From a bacterium (GTDB taxonomy: Bacteria > UBA9089 > CG2-30-40-21 > SBAY01): DNA of 46,934 nucleotides. Location: NCBI GenBank assembly GCA_040757115.1, contig JBFLYA010000004.1:1-46934 (forward strand), in the 5' to 3' direction. The notes below the pieces were generated by a model. That model was not told where the DNA came from. It was given only the letters and a program-made list of their open reading frames with translations, and did not search any database. Position numbers and translations under genes: made by a program. Shown piece after piece: positions 38,086-46,934 of this stretch; position 1 is the first letter of the stretch; each line of letters begins with the position of its first letter.

Positions 38086-39321
38086 CTAAAACTTCACCTT
38101 TGTTGCAAATGATGAGGTTTGGGATTTATTCCCAATGTTATCATAGACTTTTTGATAGATATAACTTAAAGATATGTTTTTTGATAACTCAAAATTTATT
38201 TTTTCTGTAAGCGTACTATTCGGCGCATTAAAATCAAGCAAGTGATACCCTTTTTGCCTTCTTTCATGGTCATAACAGAAGAGAACAGAGATGTTTTGTT
38301 TAATAATAAGTTGAAACAACTCTTTTTTTAAGAGTAATTCCAGATGTAATCTTGGGGCTATTGTTTCTTTCAGGTCTTCATATCCTGAAGAGAGCAAGAT
38401 TAATCTGGCTATATCCAGATTAGCACCTGAATACCATCCTGTCTGGCTTTCTGCCTGCTGGATGCTGGAAGTCCCATTTCTTCTTACTTCATATAACGGA
38501 TTAAATAGAGCCGGGACAAAATTAGAATCTAAGTCTCTAAATTCTGTTTTATAACCCAGGATAGTATTAACTGAAACAAGGTTTAATTTTCCTCCCAATC
38601 CTACAGATAATCCATCACCAAAACCAGATATTTTCGCATAATCTGTGTAAAAACCTAAAACCTTCTCATAAATTGGCAACTCAAAATCTAATCCATAAAC
38701 ACTCAAATTATCTTTGTCCCCAACTTGAGGTTTTGTGTCATTAACATAGGTTGCTCCAATAATAATTTTGCAAAGTAAAGGATTATTTAGATTTTTTAAT
38801 GGTAAAAAGTAAATTCTACCTCCATAAAGTCGTGGGTCAGTAATATCATTAATCAATGTTTCTACGCCACCGTTTTTAAAATTAATATCTATATTTGCCC
38901 CGAGAAAATTTTTGCTTGTATCTGTTCCTTGATTAGAATATCTATCCACAATGAACCCATGTCCTAATGTTGCTTCTGATAATTTTCCCAGATAAATGTA
39001 TAGCGGACTGTCTTCCTTATTTGCCCAACGAATATAATGGACGATATTACCCACTTCATCCCAATCTTCCTCCCGAAAGCCATCTTCCTCATTCCACCGA
39101 CACAATAGATTTAATCCAATTCCAAATTTACCCCGCTTAAATTCAGGATGGAAAACTATTTCATTATAATAATCTCCATCAATCATTCTGACGCCAATTA
39201 CACCAGCCCACCGCCATTCTTTTTGTTTGCCTTCACCATAACAAATTAGTGGAAAAAAGAATAAAGAAATAATCATTGACAACCAAATAAATTTTTTATA
39301 ATTCATTTTATCTTCCTCCAT
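38086..39321 (-). CDS. Putative outer-membrane beta-barrel protein
   Basis: Signal peptide, amphipathic strands, TLGHGFIV..YSN motif and C-terminal Phe. Confidence 0.65.
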   Translation of the reverse strand: MEEDKMNYKKFIWLSMIISLFFFPLICYGEGKQKEWRWAGVIGVRMIDGDYYNEIVFHPEFKRGKFGIGLNLLCRWNEEDGFREEDWDEVGNIVHYIRWANKEDSPLYIYLGKLSEATLGHGFIVDRYSNQGTDTSKNFLGANIDINFKNGGVETLINDITDPRLYGGRIYFLPLKNLNNPLLCKIIIGATYVNDTKPQVGDKDNLSVYGLDFELPIYEKVLGFYTDYAKISGFGDGLSVGLGGKLNLVSVNTILGYKTEFRDLDSNFVPALFNPLYEVRRNGTSSIQQAESQTGWYSGANLDIARLILLSSGYEDLKETIAPRLHLELLLKKELFQLIIKQNISVLFCYDHERRQKGYHLLDFNAPNSTLTEKINFELSKNISLSYIYQKVYDNIGNKSQTSSFATKVKF

Positions 39322-39327
39322 TGAAGT

Positions 39328-39412
39328 TGGTAATTGGTAATTGGTAATTGGTAATTAAATATCGTTTGGATGAGTTCACGACGAAGCCATTCAACCAATT
39401 ACCAGTTACCAG
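39328..39412. repeat. Heptamer-repeat hairpin (TGGTAAT units facing TTACCAG units)
   Basis: Same heptamer family as in carA. Confidence 0.7.
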
Positions 39413-39415
39413 ATT

Positions 39416-39808
39416 TTACTCATGATATTCCCGTATGACCTTTACGGCTATTCCACCACGGATATTCCAGACTACCTCGATTTTTGCCCATTTAGGTTGG
39501 ACTATGGTAACAAAATCATCAAGTATTTTATTGGTAGCGTGTTCTTGAAATATTCCAATGTTCCGATAGCCCGTAAGATAAAGTTTCAATGCCTTTTGCT
39601 CTACCAGAAATTTATTAGGTTTATACGCAATTGTCAAGGTCGCAAAATCTGGCAGACCTGTCCTGGGACAAACAGTAGTCAATTCATCGGTGCTTAATTC
39701 CACAATGTAATCTCTATCCGTATATTGATTTTCCACCACCTCTAATTCAGGTGTAATTTTCAAACCCCGTATTTTATCCTGTTTTCCTTCATAACCTGTT
39801 TTTGCCAT
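39416..39808 (-). CDS. queF: NADPH-dependent 7-cyano-7-deazaguanine reductase (short type)
   Basis: CPRTGLPDFA, EQKALKLY and RGGI. Confidence 0.9.
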   Translation of the reverse strand: MAKTGYEGKQDKIRGLKITPELEVVENQYTDRDYIVELSTDELTTVCPRTGLPDFATLTIAYKPNKFLVEQKALKLYLTGYRNIGIFQEHATNKILDDFVTIVQPKWAKIEVVWNIRGGIAVKVIREYHE

Positions 39809-39828
39809 ATTATTTTATTTCCTCCGTT

Positions 39829-40107
39829 GTAACGGTTCACCGCAGAGACGCAGAGAAAAAATTAAAATCTATTGGTAACTATTCAGCCACAGATGAACAC
39901 AGATGAAACACTGAGAATTCGTGAATCGCGTCCGTAATCAAGCTGAAGGTTTTTGCTCCTGTTGTCCTCTGCCTTCTGCCCTCTGCCCTCTGCCCTCTGT
40001 ATTTATCCGTGCTAATCCGTGTTAATCCGTGGCTGAATAGTTACTTTATTTCTATGTCTTCTCTGTTTCTCTGCGTCTCTGCGGTAAAAGATTACCTGAA
40101 CGGTTAC
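39829..40107. mobile_element. GTAA-ended MITE with a second GTAA-ended MITE nested at 39875-40044
   Basis: Outer TSD CCTCCGTT / CCTCCTTT (one mismatch). Inner TIR GTAACTATTCAGCCAC...GTGGCTGAATAGTTAC. Confidence 0.8.
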
Positions 40108-40114
40108 CCTCCTT

Positions 40115-42841
40115 TTACCCTTTCCTGGTCAATTGGACTATTTTATCTGTGACGACATCTTTAATAAATAATGCCCCATTTTTAGAATAGGCAATTTTAT
40201 TTTTAAACGGTAACCAATTAAAATCATCAATCAAATCCTCAAGTTTTTTTTCTTTTTTATCCATTATCCAGAGATTTCCATTCTTTAAATAAGCAAGAAT
40301 CTGTCCATCACAAGACCATTTAGGGCATCTACCTTTAACTAATTTAGATTCTCCCTCTTCATTTACATCTTTTATCCAGAGCATGTCATTGCGTTCAAAG
40401 GCTATTTTGCCCGTGATAGAAATATTGGGATTTTTCCCGTGATTTATCAATTGGACATAGTTAGTGCCGTCTTTATTGATAATCCCAATATTTTCTTTAA
40501 AATCAGTCGGCTGAATGACATCCAATAAATATTCATTAGCTATTTTACCTTTTTCCTGGTGTATTTTTTGATTTACCTTAAGGTGAAAATTCCACCAATT
40601 TAAAGAAGTTTTCTCATATTGTTCAAATATTATTCTGTCTTCAAACCAATTTGAGCAGCAACCGCCCAGTAATGTAAGTTGAAATTTGTTGGTTCCATCC
40701 GTTAACATAACATAGATATTATCTGCGTTTTCATAAGCGAGGTATTTTTTATTCCGGGACAAAACAGGATTTTTGCCGCCTTTTAAGGTCAGAAGATATG
40801 GAGTTTTATCCTTTAATCTGGCAATATTTCCACCAAGATTACCAAAGATAGAAATCTCATCATAAGATTTTGGGACAAAGATTAAACCTTTAAACGAGGC
40901 TAATATCTCTACCGGAGTTCCCTGATAGACCTGTTGTTTTCTTGTATTATTAATTATAAAATAACTCTTTGAATCATAACACAGGATTTTTGAATCCAGC
41001 CATTTTAATGGGGTTACTTTTGAATAAGATAATAATTTATCTCCAAGAAATAATCTTCCTTTTGAATCATTATAAGCAATTAATTTACCATTTGGGAGTG
41101 GATTGTGGCCTTTGTATATTACTTGTTTAATTTTTCCTTTTAAATCTAAAACCCTATAAATGAAAAAATCCTTTCTCTTAGTTATGCCGCATAGGGATTG
41201 ATTAGATTTCCATTGAAGGCAAATTAGGATGATATTGGATAAATGTTGCCAATTTTTGCCGTTTGCATCTATGATTGATGTTCCTCGATAGTTTGAATAT
41301 GCGATTTTAGATGAATCAGGAGACCAACAAATATCTCTGGCACTGTCATAAACCACTGTATGCACCATACCCCGTTGGACATCCACTATTTTTACCTCTT
41401 CAGATATACCCCTTACCCATTTTCGAGTTATGCCATAGGCAATTTTATTACTATCCTTTGACCAGCGAAATCCTTGTGATGTCGAAAAGCGAATTTGCTT
41501 ATCGAAAATCTTGTTTATCCTTTTTCCTGCATTGCCATTAGAATCAAATATCACCAGGTCAGCGACACTACCATCTTTACTCCAATCTAAACAGACAAAT
41601 TTTGTCGAATCATAAGACCATACAGGGGAAAAAGAACCAGCCGAAAGGGATTTTACAAGAAGTTTAGTCAACTTATTATCTTGAATCAGGAAAAGCGTAT
41701 CTTCGGTTTCATAAATAATCCCTTTTCTGTCAAAAGACCAGTGAATATTCACTTTTACCCCTTGTTGTTTTACCAGTTTTGTTTTTTTGACTCCATCAAT
41801 ACCTACCCGCCAGAGATAATCACCACTTCCAACTATAAATTCATTCCCCCCTGGTGAAAAAAACATTTTGGTATTAAAAGGGAAAATATCCATATTATTG
41901 ACATCTTCTTTCGTTAAATTTATTAAAACTAATGAATCTTTATTATTGTAAATAATCCCTTTATCAAGACATAAAAAATAGGTTTTGGGCTGATTTTCGT
42001 TCTGGATTATGCGGATTTGAGGAGACATTTTCCGAATAAACTCCTGAATATCATTTTTAAGAGTGGTATAGGGATAATTGAATAGGACTTTTAAAAACTC
42101 ATCTTTTGCCTTATCGTTTTGGCGTTGAAGATACAGGCAAAATCCTATCATTGCTTGAGAGTAAGGGGTTATTTTACCTTTAAAAAATTTTTTAGTAACT
42201 CGTTGAAATTGCGAGATAGCACGCTGATAATTTCCCTGGGATAGATACACCTCTCCTATTCTAAATAGTCCTTCATCGACTAAATCCTCATTCGGGTAAT
42301 TCTTAACGATTAATTTATATGCCTGTTTAGCCTTGCCAAATTTACCGCAAGCCCAGTAAAGTCGGCCAATATTATACTGAGCCTCATCGGCAAGATCACT
42401 GTTGGGAAACATCTTCAGGAATTTTTTAAACCTAACAATAGCCGCTGGATAATCTTTGTTTTTAGCATAACAAAATGGAATAAAAAAACTAATAGATTCT
42501 AAGTATTTACTATTGGGATAATCATTTAATAATTTAAGGTAGGCTTTTAGTGGTTTATCCCAATTTTTGTCTGTATTGGCGCATTCTTTAAATTTAATCT
42601 TGCAAATCTGATAATAGGCATCCTCGACATAGTCAGAACCAGGATATTTATTAATAAATTTTTTAATCCTAACAATAGCCATTGGATTAGATAATTTACG
42701 ACTTTCGCTTATCGTTTGCCAGTAAATCTCGCCAATGCTTCGTCTGGTCTGTTTTGTAATTATTATCGTACTTCCCACACCAAAAAATATGCCGATAATA
42801 AATATTAGACAAAACAATAGAACCTTCTGAGTTAATCTCAT
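40115..42841 (-). CDS. Periplasmic TPR (BamD/CpoB-like) + TolB-like beta-propeller protein
   Basis: N-terminal TM, YPxS...A.Y repeats and WSPD..KIAY repeats. Confidence 0.8.
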   Translation of the reverse strand: MRLTQKVLLFCLIFIIGIFFGVGSTIIITKQTRRSIGEIYWQTISESRKLSNPMAIVRIKKFINKYPGSDYVEDAYYQICKIKFKECANTDKNWDKPLKAYLKLLNDYPNSKYLESISFFIPFCYAKNKDYPAAIVRFKKFLKMFPNSDLADEAQYNIGRLYWACGKFGKAKQAYKLIVKNYPNEDLVDEGLFRIGEVYLSQGNYQRAISQFQRVTKKFFKGKITPYSQAMIGFCLYLQRQNDKAKDEFLKVLFNYPYTTLKNDIQEFIRKMSPQIRIIQNENQPKTYFLCLDKGIIYNNKDSLVLINLTKEDVNNMDIFPFNTKMFFSPGGNEFIVGSGDYLWRVGIDGVKKTKLVKQQGVKVNIHWSFDRKGIIYETEDTLFLIQDNKLTKLLVKSLSAGSFSPVWSYDSTKFVCLDWSKDGSVADLVIFDSNGNAGKRINKIFDKQIRFSTSQGFRWSKDSNKIAYGITRKWVRGISEEVKIVDVQRGMVHTVVYDSARDICWSPDSSKIAYSNYRGTSIIDANGKNWQHLSNIILICLQWKSNQSLCGITKRKDFFIYRVLDLKGKIKQVIYKGHNPLPNGKLIAYNDSKGRLFLGDKLLSYSKVTPLKWLDSKILCYDSKSYFIINNTRKQQVYQGTPVEILASFKGLIFVPKSYDEISIFGNLGGNIARLKDKTPYLLTLKGGKNPVLSRNKKYLAYENADNIYVMLTDGTNKFQLTLLGGCCSNWFEDRIIFEQYEKTSLNWWNFHLKVNQKIHQEKGKIANEYLLDVIQPTDFKENIGIINKDGTNYVQLINHGKNPNISITGKIAFERNDMLWIKDVNEEGESKLVKGRCPKWSCDGQILAYLKNGNLWIMDKKEKKLEDLIDDFNWLPFKNKIAYSKNGALFIKDVVTDKIVQLTRKG

Positions 42842-42927
42842 AACAAAATACGCCTCGCTCTGGAATTCAGGTAAATGAACCTTGTGAGTCACAAAGGAGA
42901 ATGAAAATATTGTGGCTAAACACTTAC

Positions 42928-44109
42928 CTACAAATCAACCACTGAGATAATCCCTTCATAATCTACAAATTCCTTGCTAACCACATAGCACTCCGGTAAT
43001 CCTATTGTTGTCGAGATAGTTTTTAGCCTTTCAAAATCACCTGGGATTCCTTTGAGTTTAACCTCAATACCAATCCTGCTATCAAGGATAAAGTCAATTT
43101 CTCTGCCGGATCTCCTTTGATAATAATGGATATTATTAAATTGCGATAAAGCATTGAAGACCGCATTCTCAAAGAGTGCACCATCAGAAACCTTTGCAAA
43201 CTCACTCACTATCCCGGTATCACAAAAATAAACCTTTTTGGCTTTACTCACCAGTTTATCCATACTCCCGGTAAACGGCGGAACCAGGGTAATAAAAAAT
43301 GTATCTTGTAAGAAAGAGAGATAGGAATATATAGTCTCCCGAGAGGTGCCCAACTCAGAAGCCAACCTGGCAATATCAAGTTTTGAGCCTACGCGAGCAA
43401 TTAACAAAAGCAATAAGTCCCTGAATAACTGCACTTCTCTAAACTTAGCAAGGTTCTGCACCTCTTTTTCAAAATAGGATTTAAGGATATCATGAAGATG
43501 CATCTTCTTCCTGGTAATATCTTCCTCCAGAACAACCTGTGGGAAACCTCCGTAATTAAGATATTCTTCATAAGCCCCCTTTAACCTCTGATATCGAATA
43601 AAATTTTTATACCTATCTCTTTGGATTAAATCTACAAAAGATTCTTTTTCTCTACCTTTAAATGTCAAAAATTCCTCAAAATCCAAAGGACGGAGATTAA
43701 AGACAAACTTTCTACCCGCTAAGCTTTCTGGAAAAAGATTCTTTAGATAGAAACTACTTGAGCCAGTAAGGAAGAATTTAAAACCAACATGGTCATAAAG
43801 ATACTTGACTACCTTTACAATGCTGGGCATAGCCTGAATCTCATCAAGAAAGATATAAGCCTTTTCCGCTGAGGTAATACCATATTCCTTTAAATTTAGA
43901 ACGATATTGTTATAATCTATTTCCTCAAATATCTTTTGCACAATTGGATTTTCCAGGTCAAAAAAGGCTTTGTTTTTGCTTTCAATACTATTAAATATGG
44001 ATTGATAGAGGGTTGTCTTACCTACCCGGCGCATACCAGTAAGCACAATAATCTCGGGTGAAAAGACATATTTTATTAATTCCTTTTGTATCTTTCTTGG
44101 GAATATCAT
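42928..44109 (-). CDS. AAA+ ATPase (AAA_14) with DUF4143
   Basis: GMRRVGKT, FLDEIQ, TGSS, GGFP, KVYFCDTG, FEN and EIDF...IEVK. Confidence 0.9.
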   Translation of the reverse strand: MIFPRKIQKELIKYVFSPEIIVLTGMRRVGKTTLYQSIFNSIESKNKAFFDLENPIVQKIFEEIDYNNIVLNLKEYGITSAEKAYIFLDEIQAMPSIVKVVKYLYDHVGFKFFLTGSSSFYLKNLFPESLAGRKFVFNLRPLDFEEFLTFKGREKESFVDLIQRDRYKNFIRYQRLKGAYEEYLNYGGFPQVVLEEDITRKKMHLHDILKSYFEKEVQNLAKFREVQLFRDLLLLLIARVGSKLDIARLASELGTSRETIYSYLSFLQDTFFITLVPPFTGSMDKLVSKAKKVYFCDTGIVSEFAKVSDGALFENAVFNALSQFNNIHYYQRRSGREIDFILDSRIGIEVKLKGIPGDFERLKTISTTIGLPECYVVSKEFVDYEGIISVVDL

Positions 44110-44164
44110 AAGTCATAGTCTACACAAATAATAACAATTTGTCAAGTATTATTTGACAGAAGAT

Positions 44165-44472
44165 GTGATTCAGACAGTAGACTATAGACATCAGACCTCA
44201 GACTAAAGTGGGCAGAAATTGCAGAAGAATGAAGGCTTGAGAGACCTGCCTATACTTCTGCTGGAAGAGTTGAAAGAGTAGAAAGAGTTGGAAGTGTTGG
44301 ATGAGTTGAAGGAGTTTCTTCACTGACACTGACACTCCCACTGTCACTGATATAGGTAAGACTTAGGAAAAATTCAGGGAGTGAAGTTTTGAGGATGGTT
44401 TCCCAAAAGTCACTAATTTCCTGCATAAATAGAGTCTATAGTCTTGTGTCTGATGTCCAGTGTCTGAATCAC
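44165..44472. repeat. Inverted-repeat-bounded element with internal short repeats
   Basis: GTGATTCAGACA...TGTCTGAATCAC; no TSD seen. Confidence 0.6.
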
Positions 44473-44486
44473 TGGTTTCACTTTTT

Positions 44487-44723
44487 GTAACCGTTCAGGC
44501 TATATATCAAAAGTGTAAGAAAGGGGATAAGGAGATAAGAGTGATATGGAGATAAGATAATAGAAATAGATTGAAATTTATAGAAATAGGTAGAAATTGA
44601 TTGTGGAAAACAACAAATTTCCATAAATTTCTATTAGTTTCTATTAATTTCAATTTTTTTAATAATATCTCCCTATCTCCTTAATCTCCACATCTCCTTT
44701 TGTTACACCACCTGAACGCTTAC
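44487..44723. mobile_element. 237-bp GTAA-ended MITE with an 8-bp TSD
   Basis: GTAACCGTTCAGG...CCTGAACGCTTAC with CACTTTTT on both sides. Confidence 0.9.
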
Positions 44724-44736
44724 CACTTTTTTCCTC

Positions 44737-44765
44737 TTGACAAAATTGACTCAATAATGTAAAAT
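44737..44765 (+). promoter_or_regulatory. sigma70-type promoter
   Basis: TTGACA-N17-TAAAAT, 10 nt before the ATG. Confidence 0.7.
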
Positions 44766-44775
44766 AATAACCAAT

Positions 44776-45378
44776 ATGAGTGGTTTTGAAACAATATATT
44801 ATACATTTACCAAACCTGTTGTCAGTATGAAAGCACTTCAAGGGCAGAAACCCGTAAGTTGGGCGTTTTTTGTGGTGCTTTTAGCCACTATCAGTAGCCA
44901 TGTGGGAGGAGTATTAATAAGCCCGGTTGAGCTAAATGTGGCTAAGGCTATCCTCACGGTAGGATTACTGGGAAGATTAATTTTTATCATTGGTATCTGG
45001 ATAGTTGGAACGGCGATTCTCCATCTATTTGCTGAATGGTTTGACGGAGAAGGTAAAGTAAGTAGTTTGTTCACGGCATTAGGCTTTTGTTTTTTACCCG
45101 CAATATTAATTACCCCCTGGTCATTATTAATTCAAAATACCCCACACACAATAAAATTCTCACTCTATCTCCTTTTTAATTTAATCATCCTCCTGTGGAT
45201 AGTCAAATTAGAAATTATCTCTATCCGTGAGATTTATCAGGTCTCAAATTTTAGGGCAGTGATGATATTAACCACACCTGCTACTCTCATTATTCTTGGT
45301 GTTTTTATACTTATCCTCCTTGCCTTAGTGCTGAGTTTTTCCATTATCCCTGCTTCTTTTCCACATTCCCTGTTTTAA
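44776..45378 (+). CDS. Yip1-domain membrane protein
   Basis: P...., five TM helices, H.FA..F.GEG, LP and W...L...SI...Y.VS..RA pattern. Confidence 0.8.
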   Translation: MSGFETIYYTFTKPVVSMKALQGQKPVSWAFFVVLLATISSHVGGVLISPVELNVAKAILTVGLLGRLIFIIGIWIVGTAILHLFAEWFDGEGKVSSLFTALGFCFLPAILITPWSLLIQNTPHTIKFSLYLLFNLIILLWIVKLEIISIREIYQVSNFRAVMILTTPATLIILGVFILILLALVLSFSIIPASFPHSLF

Positions 45379-45428
45379 GAGCATTTTAGATTTTGGATTT
45401 ATCTAAAATCGAAAGAAGGATAAAAAAG

Positions 45429-46568
45429 ATGAAGGCAATTATTGCTTTAGAAGATGGAAAAATATTTGAAGGACAGGCATTTGGCCACTCTGGAGAAAAA
45501 TATGGCGAGATAGTTTTTAATACCAGTATGACCGGGTATCAAGAAATTCTAACTGACCCTTCCTACAAAGGTCAAATAGTGACAATGACTTATCCCTTGA
45601 TTGGCAACTATGGGGTAAACGATGAGGATATGGAATCTCAAATGCCTCATGTTGAGGGTTTTGTGGTTAAAGAATACAGTCAAATTTATAGCAATTGGCG
45701 AGCACAAAAAACATTGGCTGAATTTCTGAAAGAGCATAAAATTATTGGAGTAGAAGGGGTAGATACAAGGGCACTTACCAAACACATTCGGACTTGTGGT
45801 GCAATGAAAGCAGTTATCTCAACTGAGGATTTAGATAAAGAAAGTCTTGTGGCTAAAGCCATCTCTTCTCCTGGCTTAATTGGTCGGGACTTAGTTAAAG
45901 AAGTTACTTGCCAAAAGGCGTATCATTGGCAAACCAATCCCCAGTCCCCAATCCCCAATCTAAAATACAAAATTGTGGCGATGGATTTTGGTGTAAAACA
46001 TAATATCTTACGGATGCTGGAAGATGTTGGTTGTGAAATGATTATTGTGCCAGCGAACACCTCGGCAGAAGAAATACTTTCCTACCATCCTGATGGCATT
46101 TTTTTATCCAATGGTCCCGGCGACCCCGCTGGTGTCCCTTATGCGGTTGAAACCGTTAAAAAACTCATCTACCAATTACCAATTACCAATTACCAGTTAC
46201 CAGTTACCAATTACCAATTGTCAATCTTTGGCATTTGCTTAGGCCATCAGATTTTAGGATTAGCCTTTGGTGGTAAAACCTACAAACTTAAATTCGGACA
46301 CCGAGGTGGAAATCAACCGGTGAAAGATTTAGCCACCGGTAAAATAGATATTACGGCACAAAATCATGGCTTTTGTGTGGATATTAATTCTTTGAACAAA
46401 GATGAGGTTGAAATTACGCATATCAACCCTAATGACCAGACATTAGAAGGAATGAGGCATAAAAAACTGCCGATTTTCTCGATTCAATACCATCCTGAGG
46501 CTTCACCAGGTCCGCATGATGCAGGTTATTTATTTAAGAAATTTGTTGAAATGATGAATAGAAATTAG
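45429..46568 (+). CDS. carA: Carbamoyl-phosphate synthase small subunit
   Basis: [28 protein letters not shown] and [12 protein letters not shown]. Confidence 0.97.
   Translation: MKAIIALEDGKIFEGQAFGHSGEKYGEIVFNTSMTGYQEILTDPSYKGQIVTMTYPLIGNYGVNDEDMESQMPHVEGFVVKEYSQIYSNWRAQKTLAEFLKEHKIIGVEGVDTRALTKHIRTCGAMKAVISTEDLDKESLVAKAISSPGLIGRDLVKEVTCQKAYHWQTNPQSPIPNLKYKIVAMDFGVKHNILRMLEDVGCEMIIVPANTSAEEILSYHPDGIFLSNGPGDPAGVPYAVETVKKLIYQLPITNYQLPVTNYQLSIFGICLGHQILGLAFGGKTYKLKFGHRGGNQPVKDLATGKIDITAQNHGFCVDINSLNKDEVEITHINPNDQTLEGMRHKKLPIFSIQYHPEASPGPHDAGYLFKKFVEMMNRN
46170..46218 (+). repeat. (TACCART)x7 heptamer repeat inside carA
   Basis: Encodes [16 protein letters not shown] just before the catalytic Cys motif. 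Confidence 0.9.
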
Positions 46569-46934
46569 AAATTAGGGAAAGATAGGAAAAAGTTCTCAAA
46601 AGCGTCAAAATGTAATGGGTCAGTGAAATGAGGGATTTTCCTGAAAATAGGAAGTAGAGAGTAGAGAGTAGAAAGTAAGGAAAACATCACTCCTCACGCC
46701 TATCTCCTTACCTCCCACCTCCTATCTCCTACCACTATTTTCATCCTCCTCGTATAATATATATTGTTGGTCATTTTGAATGCCACAATCCTAATTCCTT
46801 ATTAAATCCCCCAAGATTGGGGGGTGGGGGTTGAAAATAAAATTAAAAAATTAATTATTAGTAGTGGTAGTGGTAGTGGTAGTGGTAGTGATGTGGAGAA
46901 TGTGGGTAACTCCAAAGGAGTTATCCAAGCGATT

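Noticed and set aside
46860-46934. (GTAGTG)x5 plus a hairpin as an origin, telomere-like or IS end
   Set aside because: It is truncated by the window edge, with no exact DnaA box and too little context.

Overview
Low-GC bacterial chromosome window. Outer-membrane barrels, TolB-like and CsgG-like proteins imply a diderm; the taxon cannot be determined from sequence alone. Core genes are a DUF2723/TPR glycosyltransferase, gap-pgk-tpiA, yebC-ruvC, queF and carA. They are interleaved with two accessory regions and many MITEs, IS remnants and heptamer repeats. Region 1 (about 2.7-11.6 kb) is an operon of a multi-TM triple-GAF histidine kinase, a REC-HD-GYP protein, a REC-MshEN protein and PilT. 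It converges on an orphan gene plus a degenerate eIF-2B/IF-2B-family gene. Region 2 (18.4-35.5 kb) is a co-oriented minus-strand cluster behind a near-consensus sigma54 promoter. It encodes secreted proteins built from a repeated ~120-aa Trp-patterned beta domain, a vWA protein, a PEGA protein, three CsgG-like paralogues with exchanged C-termini, a PIN toxin-antitoxin pair between direct repeats, FadL, a membrane enzyme-like protein and a PilS/PilR-like pair whose activator lacks GAFTGA. These two regions are the best candidates for undescribed systems. No rRNA, tRNA or CRISPR array was recognised. All family calls come from motif recognition by eye, not from database searches.
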